The notes beneath the pieces were generated by a model. That model had not been told where the DNA came from. It did not search any database and worked only from the letters and a program-made list of their open reading frames with translations. 64,000 nt of DNA from the IMG/VR virus record IMGVR_UViG_3300027996_002186, positions 248,001 to 312,000 of that record; one strand, given 5' to 3'. Both the position numbers and the translations under genes were made by a program. This document shows positions 8,725 through 18,448 of this stretch, one piece after another; the first letter of the stretch is position 1, and each line of letters opens with the position of its first letter.

Positions 8725-9348
8725 ATGGTTCATATAGGATTAACAGGAAATAGATATTCAGGTAAAGATAGAGTAGCCAAGCTATTTAAACAAATACATA
8801 TACCAGTGTTTGACGCTGATGTTGTGTTAAGATTTGCTATTAATTATAATATCGAACTTTTAAAAAAGTTAAAATTATCAATGGGTGAATATTACTTCGA
8901 TAATGTTATCCTAAATATGGATAGAGTAAGATGTGATAATAAATTCGGTGAAGTTATTGACTTTTTCAAAGAAGATATATTTAATGCTTTCGATAGATTC
9001 AATAAAAAAAATTCAAATTCGGTTTATACAATTTTCCACTCTTCAATTTTATTTGAATCAGGATGGGATAAAAAAATGGACCAAACTATAAGCGTATTTT
9101 CTCCTATTAATAGCAGAATAGAAAGATGTCAATTTCTTACAGAATATAAGTTATCTGAAATACATAAACTTATTAAGACGGAAATAGATGAATTAGAAAA
9201 AAATAAATTATCAACATATGTAATACATAATTATGAACTAATTGGTCGAGATACTTTAGATAGTGTTTGTGATACTGATCAAAAAATCATAAATTTTTAC
9301 CTATATGATAAGTTATCCGAACAAATAGAAAATCAACTATATGATTAA
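8725..9348 (+). CDS. coaE: Dephospho-CoA kinase-like protein
   Basis: IGLTGNRYSGKD P-loop, VFDAD, LFESGW, RIER; some canonical residues diverged. Confidence 0.75.
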   Translation: MVHIGLTGNRYSGKDRVAKLFKQIHIPVFDADVVLRFAINYNIELLKKLKLSMGEYYFDNVILNMDRVRCDNKFGEVIDFFKEDIFNAFDRFNKKNSNSVYTIFHSSILFESGWDKKMDQTISVFSPINSRIERCQFLTEYKLSEIHKLIKTEIDELEKNKLSTYVIHNYELIGRDTLDSVCDTDQKIINFYLYDKLSEQIENQLYD

Positions 9349-9406
9349 TAATATCTAAAAAAGATTTAGAATAAATATTTAGTAAAAATAAGAAAATAAA
9401 TAAGTT

Positions 9407-10129
9407 ATGATAGTAGTTTGTAAAAAAGGAACAAAACGTTTAATCAAAGGACATAGATATGAAGTTACAAGTCTATATAATAGTGGAGTTGGAAGTTCTT
9501 GGAGAAACGGTAAAATAGTTATTAAGAATATTGGTAGGTTTAGTGTTAAGAGCTTTACTGATACTAATGGTGAAGAAATAGCTAAAGTAGATTATCAGGC
9601 AACAATAGTAAGACCAACAAGATATACATTTGAAGATTGTAGTAAGGGAGATATATTAGTTTGTAATAGTGATAGATATAAAACATTTGTTAAGGGTGGT
9701 ATGTATAAAATTGAAGAATTAACAACCGTTAATAGTGTTGTTAATATCAAATATAATAACACTACTAGAAATGTAACTACAAATTATGTTAAATTTGTTG
9801 GTATAAAAAGAAAGTTGAAATTTAATTCTTGGAGTTTTAGAAGACTCAATTCAGATGAAGCAAGGGAGATTTCATTAAATCACATATTAAATAATGACGA
9901 TACTAATATCATAATAGAATCAGTTAAAAGAAATATTGAATTGGTTGATGATAAAGATGGTGTTTTGTTGAAAATATTAGCTAAGTCTATTTTAGATCCA
10001 TACAGACATGATTTATCAGTTATTGAATGGGGTTGTAATAAACACGGAGATAAACTTTCATTAGAATCTAGTGATTTTGATCCATACTTAAATATGACAC
10101 TTGCTGATATTTTGAAAAAAATAGATTAA
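9407..10129 (+). CDS. Hypothetical protein with internal RxxS tag
   Basis: ORF; REISLNHIL internal. Confidence 0.7.
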   Translation: MIVVCKKGTKRLIKGHRYEVTSLYNSGVGSSWRNGKIVIKNIGRFSVKSFTDTNGEEIAKVDYQATIVRPTRYTFEDCSKGDILVCNSDRYKTFVKGGMYKIEELTTVNSVVNIKYNNTTRNVTTNYVKFVGIKRKLKFNSWSFRRLNSDEAREISLNHILNNDDTNIIIESVKRNIELVDDKDGVLLKILAKSILDPYRHDLSVIEWGCNKHGDKLSLESSDFDPYLNMTLADILKKID

Positions 10130-10185
10130 AACTTGTTAATGTAAATTTAATTACGTATATTAATAGTTGAATAAAAATATACATT

Positions 10186-10959
10186 ATGTACAATAAAATA
10201 TATGACTTTTGTAAAGTAAGAAATGTTGGTGGTGTTCATAGTAATGATCCCGAAAATCCAACACCAAGAGTTATATTCCTTATGGAGTTACTAGACTCAG
10301 AGGGTATTGAATATGAATTAGACAAATTCCCAACAAATGGGGGTTGGACTTCTAAAGAAGGAGTTGGTTATAATTTAATATTAAAGGGTACATCAAATCG
10401 AATGGTTGTTGCACATCACGATGTTAACAATCCTAACATAGATAATGCTAATGATAACTCAGCTTCCGTTATAAATGCTATAATGGTTAAGAAGTTAATG
10501 CCGAATATGAATGTTGTCCTATTGGATGGTGAAGAGTTTGGTGGGTTAGGTTCTCAAAGAGTTTCTGAGCAAATAAACGAAAATTACTACGGTGATATAG
10601 AATGGGTATTAAATTTTGAATTAACTGGTAAGGGTGGTAAACACTTTTTCATCGGTAATTATCCAGGTAAATTAACAGAGCACATCAAGTCTTTATTTGA
10701 TTGTCCTATTGTAAACACTCCTTATAATGATTCTGTTACTATTCGTAGAAATGGTATAGACTCTTGTGTTATTAATCCATTACCACCTTTATTAGAAGGT
10801 AAATCTCAAGTTAAATGGGAAGAAGATGTTTATTTGGATTATCAAATGTTATTCAATTGTCACAACGAAAGAGATAATATTGATTCTATTGATATTAAAG
10901 ACATGAAAGAATTTGTTGAAGAAGTTGCTATAAAAATACTTTCCTACCAATTGAACTAA
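10186..10959 (+). CDS. M28-family metallopeptidase
   Basis: VVAHHD, ANDNSAS, DGEEFG, LNFE, C-terminal H. Confidence 0.8.
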   Translation: MYNKIYDFCKVRNVGGVHSNDPENPTPRVIFLMELLDSEGIEYELDKFPTNGGWTSKEGVGYNLILKGTSNRMVVAHHDVNNPNIDNANDNSASVINAIMVKKLMPNMNVVLLDGEEFGGLGSQRVSEQINENYYGDIEWVLNFELTGKGGKHFFIGNYPGKLTEHIKSLFDCPIVNTPYNDSVTIRRNGIDSCVINPLPPLLEGKSQVKWEEDVYLDYQMLFNCHNERDNIDSIDIKDMKEFVEEVAIKILSYQLN

Positions 10960-10988
10960 AAAACCCTCAAATCGATTCAAGGGTTTTA
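10958..10988. terminator. Bidirectional intrinsic terminator
   Basis: AAACCCT...AGGGTTT hairpin between convergent genes. Confidence 0.65.
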
Positions 10989-11006
10989 TTAATGTTTATT
11001 TCCTAA

Positions 11007-11216
11007 TTATTTAACAATTTTAAAATCCGAAGGTGATATTTTAGAGTTTTTATTAAATCTTTTAATACAATTAATTACTAATCTTAAACCTCTTCTACTT
11101 ATTTCCGGGTGTTTCTTGTTAATTTCGTCATTTGCACCACTAAAGGCAGATAGATAAATCTCATCACTACCAGCATCATATATTAATTCACCAGCACCGT
11201 TTGTTTTTGTTATTTC
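11007..11216 (-). pseudogene. Start-less 69-codon frame (probable damaged ATG)
   Basis: EITKTNGAGELIYDAGSDEIYLS...KIVK*; preceded by ATTAGGAA, one T short of ATTATGGAA. Confidence 0.4.
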
Positions 11217-11224
11217 CTAATTTT

Positions 11225-11995
11225 TTATTTGAAATTAGTAAATTTATTAATATGTATAAGTTTAGATTCATAGGCTATCGAACCCCTCCCCATCATTTCC
11301 TTTTCTTCTTCTGGTGTAATATCAAAAGAATCATCCGGTGTATCAGTATCAGTTAAAGGAGTCTTTTTCTCAGTTGGTTTAACCTCTACTGGTTCTGATA
11401 CTTTTGATTTTGGTATATCCTTTAATAAATCTTCAAAATTCTTACTAAGTCCTTCCTCTCCTCTATGTAAACCAAACTTCAACATCTGGTAATCACCACC
11501 AGCTTTTTCTTTCCACTCACTCAAATATTCATTTCCTGTTGGGAATTTTTCCGATTCATGACTAAATATATAACCATCTTGTACAATCCTCATCCAAATC
11601 TGTTCGAATGTATTTACATCAATATCATAATTATCATTAACTGGGTATGGTATAAATCTATCATATGTTTTCACAAAACCATCTTTAGTTATATTAGCAA
11701 AATCTAAAATATTATATATTCGAAAATATATAGAAGCAAGTCCCATATATGGTGATGAGTTAGTGTTATTCCTCCATCCTTTTTGTTCTTTTTTAAGTTT
11801 TGTAAGCTCAGATTTTAACTTTTTTAAAACAGGTGTTAAATTTTTAGGAGCTATTAATGTTTTTTGTTCTTTACCTCGGATAATCCTTTTACCGAATTTA
11901 GCTTGTTCCTCAAACCTTTTTTTATCTTTATTATCAAGCATCCTCTCATTAATAGCTTGTGTATTAAATTCGTTAAATTTTTTAACATTACCCAT
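11225..11995 (-). CDS. Putative internal head protein
   Basis: MGNVKKFNEF...AINE; acidic Pro/Thr linker; C-terminal IAYESKLIHINKF; AATATATA at 12022-12029. Confidence 0.65.
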   Translation of the reverse strand: MGNVKKFNEFNTQAINERMLDNKDKKRFEEQAKFGKRIIRGKEQKTLIAPKNLTPVLKKLKSELTKLKKEQKGWRNNTNSSPYMGLASIYFRIYNILDFANITKDGFVKTYDRFIPYPVNDNYDIDVNTFEQIWMRIVQDGYIFSHESEKFPTGNEYLSEWKEKAGGDYQMLKFGLHRGEEGLSKNFEDLLKDIPKSKVSEPVEVKPTEKKTPLTDTDTPDDSFDITPEEEKEMMGRGSIAYESKLIHINKFTNFK

Positions 11996-12071
11996 AATTT
12001 TCTATTTTTTTTAATATAAGTTATATATTAATATAGAAATATACCTTTTTGTGATAAATAAAATTAAGCAT

Positions 12072-12099
12072 AAAAAAACCCAGATAAATCTGGGTTTTT
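12072..12099. terminator. Intrinsic terminator
   Basis: AAAAAAACCCAGA-TAAA-TCTGGGTTTTT, downstream of the S1 gene. Confidence 0.8.
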
Positions 12100-12117
12100 C
12101 GTTTGATTAATTATTAA

Positions 12118-13221
12118 TTAATCTAGTGTCAAGAAGATTTTTCTACTTTGACGGTCAACAGAAAGTACTTTCACATTAACATTATCACCTTTAGAGAAAG
12201 ATTTATTTAACTTAGACATTTCTGATGTGTGTATAAGACCAACAGTCTCTTCGTCTAAATTAACAAGTGTACCAAATTGTTTAACATCTTTGATTTTACC
12301 TTTGATAACTTGTCCATTTTTAATAGTGTCCCATAGTGTTTCTCTCAAAATTTGAGTTAAGATAATTTTAGGGAACTTAGCGTTCTTTATTATCTCTTTA
12401 ACATAGAATTCAATTTGGAAACCAGCACTTATTTCTGATATTCTATTTTCCCACTCTGGATTAATATTAGCCTTGTGTATCATACCAGTTAAGCATTCAT
12501 TAAACTCAACAAATACTCCAAACGGGGCGGTTCCGGTCACTGTTCCTGTGTAAGATTCATCAAATGTTAATTCTTTAACAACTGATGGTATTAAACTATG
12601 AAGATATTTTCTTCTACTTACAATGTAAGTTCCTTCTCTCTCAGCATAAGATTCAATCATTACATCGAAAGTTTCACCAATAATTGATGTTGGGTCGTGT
12701 AATTTATTGATACCAGCTAGTGTGTTCGGCATAAATGCTGGTAGAACAACTCCACCGTGTAATAACTCAATATCATACCCAGCTGGATTTAATGCTTTTA
12801 CATAAGCTTGTACAGATTCGTTATCTTTTAATGATTTAAGTGTAACGTGTGCCATACTTTCATACAATGCTGATACACTACCTTTGATGAAAAATTCATC
12901 GTGATTAATACTTATCACAATAATATCGATTGTAGTTCCTACTTCTATATCTCTAAGATATTTAGATTCACCTGGTTTAACATCAACTCTAACATCATCC
13001 TTAAAACCATCTACTGAGAAAACATATTGTTCAGATGAAATACCTTGGTATTCACCATTTACAACTTCACCAGGTTTTGGCATTTTCATAATAGTTGCTT
13101 CATAAAGATCTGATAATCTTTTATATTCTTCTGAATTCATTTTATCTTCGAGTGAATCATTACTATATAATAAATCGAAGTCGGGATTACCCATTTCATT
13201 TTTTGTTTTAATCATATTCAT
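12118..13221 (-). CDS. rpsA: Ribosomal protein S1-like, multiple S1 domains
   Basis: Repeated S1 motifs: YTGTVTGTAPFGVFVEF...GMIHKA, GKIKDVKQFGTLV...GLIHTSE, VKVLSVD; about 4 domains, shorter than full bacterial S1. Confidence 0.85.
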   Translation of the reverse strand: MNMIKTKNEMGNPDFDLLYSNDSLEDKMNSEEYKRLSDLYEATIMKMPKPGEVVNGEYQGISSEQYVFSVDGFKDDVRVDVKPGESKYLRDIEVGTTIDIIVISINHDEFFIKGSVSALYESMAHVTLKSLKDNESVQAYVKALNPAGYDIELLHGGVVLPAFMPNTLAGINKLHDPTSIIGETFDVMIESYAEREGTYIVSRRKYLHSLIPSVVKELTFDESYTGTVTGTAPFGVFVEFNECLTGMIHKANINPEWENRISEISAGFQIEFYVKEIIKNAKFPKIILTQILRETLWDTIKNGQVIKGKIKDVKQFGTLVNLDEETVGLIHTSEMSKLNKSFSKGDNVNVKVLSVDRQSRKIFLTLD

Positions 13222-13272
13222 ATTTTTTTAGTTCCGTGTTTTTTTATTGAAAAATGCTGAAAAGTTGTAAAA

Positions 13273-13665
13273 TTAATTATTTCTTTTAATTCTATTTTCT
13301 ATCATATAGTCTCTTAGTCTAGCAGCTTCTTCATACTTTTCACCTTTCAATAGTTCCATCATTTTTTGATTTAACTCTTTCAATATTTCTTTTTTATCTT
13401 TTGATTCAGATATATTCGAAAGTGAATTATAGAATTCTTCCATCTTAGAGATATCAGGAAAATAAATAGGTGTTAATTCATAACCCCCTTCATTTGACAT
13501 TTTTTCTTGTAGTTCCTGTAACTTATCACTTTTTAAAATTTTACTAATAAAATTAGTATCGAGAGCGGAATTTTCGATTAAATATTTGCTTAAGTGATAT
13601 GGTCTATTTTTAAATAATTTAAGTAAAGTAACTAAATTATTATACAACTCGTCATCATTATTCAT
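13273..13665 (-). CDS. Protein with C-terminal UVR (UvrB/UvrC) motif
   Basis: MMELLKGEKYEEAARLRD. Confidence 0.7.
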   Translation of the reverse strand: MNNDDELYNNLVTLLKLFKNRPYHLSKYLIENSALDTNFISKILKSDKLQELQEKMSNEGGYELTPIYFPDISKMEEFYNSLSNISESKDKKEILKELNQKMMELLKGEKYEEAARLRDYMIENRIKRNN

Positions 13666-13695
13666 AAAGTGTTTATGATGAAAGTAGAGATAAGT

Positions 13696-14382
13696 TTATA
13701 TCTTTTCGAATAAAATATTGAAATAATAATCAAAGTTATAGATAGCACTATCTTTCTCTTGATTAAACAAGAGATTTATAGATGATCCATCAAAAGCTGT
13801 TTCAGTTTGAATTTTAGTTAATTTAGATGATATCGGTGTATTAATATTCCAATTATTTTTATATCTTAATAAAGATTGGTCTCTCATATCTTTATAATCA
13901 ACATATAAATCAATTGATTTATACTTATATCTATTCAATACATTATACCTTATATAATCTCTTATGGCAACATCAACATCATTATATTTATTCATTCCGT
14001 TTTTAACACCCTCAAAGGTTCTAAAATTCTTTAATGTAGAGAATAAATAATTTGAAAGTATTTGATTAAGGTTTATCGACATTATCCATTTAGTATTATT
14101 GTCTAATTGGTATTTAGATTGACTTTCATCTATTACTAATGTATGATTATCCAATTTATCATTTGATGATGAGTAAATATAAGATGATAATGTTGATTCT
14201 ATTGATAAATCTATTTGTTCATTATTTAATTTTTGATAATAGATTATATCTTGTTTATCTATTGGTATCATATCTTCAACTTCAAGCATTTTAGCACCGA
14301 AGAAATTACTTTCTTCTACCATATTAAATGTACCATATACATTATTGTAATAATATTCAGGTGATATATAGGTTCTTCTCAT
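13696..14382 (-). CDS. Hypothetical structural-operon protein
   Basis: Tightly coupled to large upstream genes. Confidence 0.7.
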   Translation of the reverse strand: MRRTYISPEYYYNNVYGTFNMVEESNFFGAKMLEVEDMIPIDKQDIIYYQKLNNEQIDLSIESTLSSYIYSSSNDKLDNHTLVIDESQSKYQLDNNTKWIMSINLNQILSNYLFSTLKNFRTFEGVKNGMNKYNDVDVAIRDYIRYNVLNRYKYKSIDLYVDYKDMRDQSLLRYKNNWNINTPISSKLTKIQTETAFDGSSINLLFNQEKDSAIYNFDYYFNILFEKI

Positions 14383-14383
14383 T

Positions 14384-17300
14384 TTATGATAATTTTTTTA
14401 TAATTAGTGGTTGTCCGATTATTTTAGGGATAATTAGTGGTGTTGTTATTCGAATATTTGGTCTCGTCCTCTTACGTAAATTCAGAGTTTCTACATGGTA
14501 TTTATAATCCCAAGTAGATGCAAATATGAAAAAGTCTTTAACACCATATCCAAATTCATCAACCATAGGGTATATAGATTTTATATCCTCTTCTTCACTC
14601 AACTTTAATACAGAACCTTTTCTATTAATTTTCCTTATTTTCCTTTCTTTTATAATACCAAAATCTGTTAAGGTAGTATCAAATTTATAATTACCACTCG
14701 TCTTATATTCACTATTTTTTTCAAAAATTTGTAAATCATAGAATAGTGGCATATAGAATCCACTAAATCTATAAATATTATCAGCGACTATATTTTTATT
14801 ACCATGATAATTTTCAAAAACTTTTGGTCGAAATTGATTTTCGATTATATTAGATGCTATCGGTATTTTATTGAAATAATTTAGATCATTTAAAGATTTA
14901 ATTTTTCCATTTGATAATTCCTTTTTAGGGTTTAATTCATTTGGTAATTCAATTGGTATCTTTCTTAAAGATTTAATTTTAGTTGAAAATAAATCAGGAT
15001 TATTACACTTTATCATATAAGGTAATGTTTCTATATTATTTTTATAATTGTGTCTGGTAAAAGTTCCATCTTCTTCAATAATTACATAATTCACATAATC
15101 AGTAAATCCGTTTTTATTAGAAATATCGTTTATAGACTCCATAAAGTTATAAGCTGTTACCTTTTTATATAAATCATCATAAAGTTCATCCCTATCAGTC
15201 TCGGATATATTCGGAAGTGTGTTATCAGATATATTAATGTTTATTAAAACATTTTTCCACTTTTTATTTATGTATATAACAATACCATTGTCTAATGTGG
15301 AATCAGATATATTAGAATTACAAAGATAATACCTATTATTCATATCTATAATAGGGTTAATTGGGTAGAGCGGTGGTAGTGCTTCTTGTCCTGGATAAAC
15401 ATAATCAGTATCCGGCTCTAATCTATATTCTTGAGTCCATATATTAGAAACTCCTGGTTCATTACCAGGTCTCGCTGGTGTACTTGTAGACCAAATAGTA
15501 TCGTTGTGTATGACTGATTGAGTACCAACCGGAAATACATTTTCTAGGTAAGAAACACTTGGGTTCCAAAGTTCAATAGTTTTCCACCTTGGATTACTTG
15601 ATTGTGTACCCACCCAATACCCTGAAGTAGAAAATTGATTATTCCTAACAAATTTTCTTCTGAAATTTGGATCATAATGGTTACTACTTGTCATCGACAT
15701 ATAATAATTACCTTTATAAAGAACTACATCACCAAAATCATAACCAGTACTAGATGATGCTGGGTTCCAGAAATCTTCTGTTCCACCTGATGAATATTTA
15801 TAATACTCACCGTGATTATACACAAAATCATTTGTAGTATATGTCGTGTTAGGTTCCCAAAATATATTATTTGGACCTAGGAATTGAATAGGTGCACCAT
15901 AGCTGATACTTAATTGGTCATAAAATTCCCACTGTGATTGGTTATAAGGAGCTGATTTTACTTGTCTAAGTGAATATAATCTAATTGGATTATTAGTTGT
16001 TACGTTTGAGTTTGATACGTATAATATATCATCAAATATAACAACAGAACCAGTAGCATAATCTTTATCCATTTTCCAATCATCTATTATCGTCCAATCC
16101 ATTAAATTATCTGATACAGTAACATTATTATTATCAACATCAATTGAAAAATTGTTATCCGATAATAGAATAGAAAATTTATAACCATCAAATCTATTAC
16201 TAGATGATATATTAAATGATTCCAATTCATCAGAATCATTAAGAGTTACACTTTCAACATCATAAATTGAAAATTCAATACCTCTTAATAAAGTTGTATT
16301 TGGTATTGATTTATCACCAATATTAAATTCTGAGTATTTTTTAACATTCTTTTTAATATCAGAATTGTTGAAATATGTATTTCTGTCAAATAGTGATGTG
16401 AAATAATCGAAAGAATAGGTTGCTGATGAAGCACTACCAGTAGAATATGTAGCAACATTTAAATACTTATCCAATTCAAATCTAAAGTTAGTATCTATAT
16501 CACCATTATCATCAAAACTTTCAATGTGTAATGTGTGATGTAAATATGAAGCTGTTGATGAATTTATTGTATAAAAATAATCTAAATTTCTTTCTATCCT
16601 TTTTGGATCAGGATCAAAAGGATTAACACTTCTATTAAATTCTTCAAACATATTAGAATTATTTAAGGAATAAGGATAATCATTAGCTGATGTGGAATTT
16701 TGATAAGACCATCTACAATAGACTGGATTCTTTCTCCAAATTTCCGATAAATCATCATCATCAATCTTAAATGTTTCGTAATTAGCTGTATATTCAGATG
16801 AAACTGGTATATTAACAACTTCGTCCTTATAGATAAAATCATCCAAATCTTTCGGGTTGGATCTACTTGATAAGTTCTCCATATACATTTTTGTTTCATC
16901 CGTTAATGTTATCTCATCTTCTTTTTCATATTCATATTTTGAATATTCTGTGTCAATTATTCTGTCATCAAAATCTTTGATATCACTAAATTTACATTTA
17001 TAAATGTTAAATTTCTTAGGTTGGTTATTATAATCAACTATTATACTAACTTTAGTAGTTTCATTCCTTACTGTATATTCATAATCATTTTGGTTGAAGT
17101 TGAATGAATAATCAGTAACTATTTTTATTGATTCACCATCCCCGATCAAGTTATGTAAAATTCCGTCTATCTCTATCATCCAAACATCAGCATCTTCAAA
17201 TCCATCTATTTGAAGATAATCTATATTATAATCTATTAATTTATTATCAACATCAATTAATCCAAAGTTTTTATTTAAATCATTTTGCTTACCGGTTAAG

Positions 17301-18445
17301 TCAACATCAGAAATTATTCTATATCTAGTAACTTCTGTTGGTTGATATGACTCTTTTATAAACCTAACACCTTTAGTCTTCTTAGACTTTTGTAAACTAA
17401 CACCAACATTTTCAACAAATCTTTCTACCTTGTAATAAGATCCATTACACTCTACATAAAATGGTCTAGTAGATACCCAACCTGTACCTGTCTCTTCATT
17501 ATAAAATGGATCAGTGTTAGTTGGTGAATATATAATATTACCATCCGATATAATAACATCATCTCTTAAAAATGGTGTTATATAAGGTGATATTGTTTGT
17601 GTCAATTCCATATCTTCCAAGTAAAATCCAAGATATCTATTTAAAGACCACTTTCTTTTAATATCAGGTGTTGATGGTGTGTCATCAAATAAGAATGTAA
17701 AATTCATTATATTTGGAAAAACAACTTTATTTTCTTGATAAGAATCTAAAATGAATTTATCCAGTTCAAATATTTCTTTTTCCTCATCTAGTATATCATC
17801 TATAAATTTAGATTTTGATGTATATCCACCAGTAGTATAATCAATACCATTCCAATTAGAGAATTCAAGATTTCTAAAATCCACATCCAATGGTGTTAAA
17901 GGGAAAAATTCATTATTAACAAAATTAATATCTAACCATTCTCCTAGTGAAGATTCTTTAGTCATATCAAATAGTTTAATAACCTTTAAGTTATTTATTA
18001 TCTCTGATGTAAAATTCTCTTTTGATAAAACTCCCAATCCAGGTCCATCAACTCTAAATATTATGAATTTCTTAGGTAGATTATTAGTTATATATAATGG
18101 AGCAAAATATTCAAACTCTTCTTTATAGTTTTTATTACTTACTATATTTCTAGCTCCATATTGATATATCTCATCATATTGCTCACTAAATTCATCACTC
18201 ATTGTATCAACATCATTATCATATTTAATACTATAAGCTATTTCACTAGGCAAACCCTTGTAAAAATATGGTATTAGTTCATCATAATAATTTGTTTTAA
18301 TAAACGAAACATTTTTATATTTATCTAAAGATAATTCATCAGCAGAATCAATACTATCCAAGCTAAGTGAATAGTTAGAATCAACCATTAACTTAATATT
18401 GGTTGTTAATCCTACGTTTGTTCTGAGTAAACCAAAGCTTTTCAT
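14384..18445 (-). CDS. Large virion (baseplate-like) protein with aromatic carbohydrate-binding-type repeats
   Basis: 1353 aa; W-x(4-5)-Y..GD.V.Y-type repeats (WEPNTTYTTNDFVYNHGEYY, YDFGDVVLYKGNYY, WKMDKDYATGSVVIFDD). Confidence 0.6.
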   Translation of the reverse strand: MKSFGLLRTNVGLTTNIKLMVDSNYSLSLDSIDSADELSLDKYKNVSFIKTNYYDELIPYFYKGLPSEIAYSIKYDNDVDTMSDEFSEQYDEIYQYGARNIVSNKNYKEEFEYFAPLYITNNLPKKFIIFRVDGPGLGVLSKENFTSEIINNLKVIKLFDMTKESSLGEWLDINFVNNEFFPLTPLDVDFRNLEFSNWNGIDYTTGGYTSKSKFIDDILDEEKEIFELDKFILDSYQENKVVFPNIMNFTFLFDDTPSTPDIKRKWSLNRYLGFYLEDMELTQTISPYITPFLRDDVIISDGNIIYSPTNTDPFYNEETGTGWVSTRPFYVECNGSYYKVERFVENVGVSLQKSKKTKGVRFIKESYQPTEVTRYRIISDVDLTGKQNDLNKNFGLIDVDNKLIDYNIDYLQIDGFEDADVWMIEIDGILHNLIGDGESIKIVTDYSFNFNQNDYEYTVRNETTKVSIIVDYNNQPKKFNIYKCKFSDIKDFDDRIIDTEYSKYEYEKEDEITLTDETKMYMENLSSRSNPKDLDDFIYKDEVVNIPVSSEYTANYETFKIDDDDLSEIWRKNPVYCRWSYQNSTSANDYPYSLNNSNMFEEFNRSVNPFDPDPKRIERNLDYFYTINSSTASYLHHTLHIESFDDNGDIDTNFRFELDKYLNVATYSTGSASSATYSFDYFTSLFDRNTYFNNSDIKKNVKKYSEFNIGDKSIPNTTLLRGIEFSIYDVESVTLNDSDELESFNISSSNRFDGYKFSILLSDNNFSIDVDNNNVTVSDNLMDWTIIDDWKMDKDYATGSVVIFDDILYVSNSNVTTNNPIRLYSLRQVKSAPYNQSQWEFYDQLSISYGAPIQFLGPNNIFWEPNTTYTTNDFVYNHGEYYKYSSGGTEDFWNPASSSTGYDFGDVVLYKGNYYMSMTSSNHYDPNFRRKFVRNNQFSTSGYWVGTQSSNPRWKTIELWNPSVSYLENVFPVGTQSVIHNDTIWSTSTPARPGNEPGVSNIWTQEYRLEPDTDYVYPGQEALPPLYPINPIIDMNNRYYLCNSNISDSTLDNGIVIYINKKWKNVLININISDNTLPNISETDRDELYDDLYKKVTAYNFMESINDISNKNGFTDYVNYVIIEEDGTFTRHNYKNNIETLPYMIKCNNPDLFSTKIKSLRKIPIELPNELNPKKELSNGKIKSLNDLNYFNKIPIASNIIENQFRPKVFENYHGNKNIVADNIYRFSGFYMPLFYDLQIFEKNSEYKTSGNYKFDTTLTDFGIIKERKIRKINRKGSVLKLSEEEDIKSIYPMVDEFGYGVKDFFIFASTWDYKYHVETLNLRKRTRPNIRITTPLIIPKIIGQPLIIKKLS

Positions 18446-18448
18446 CTA

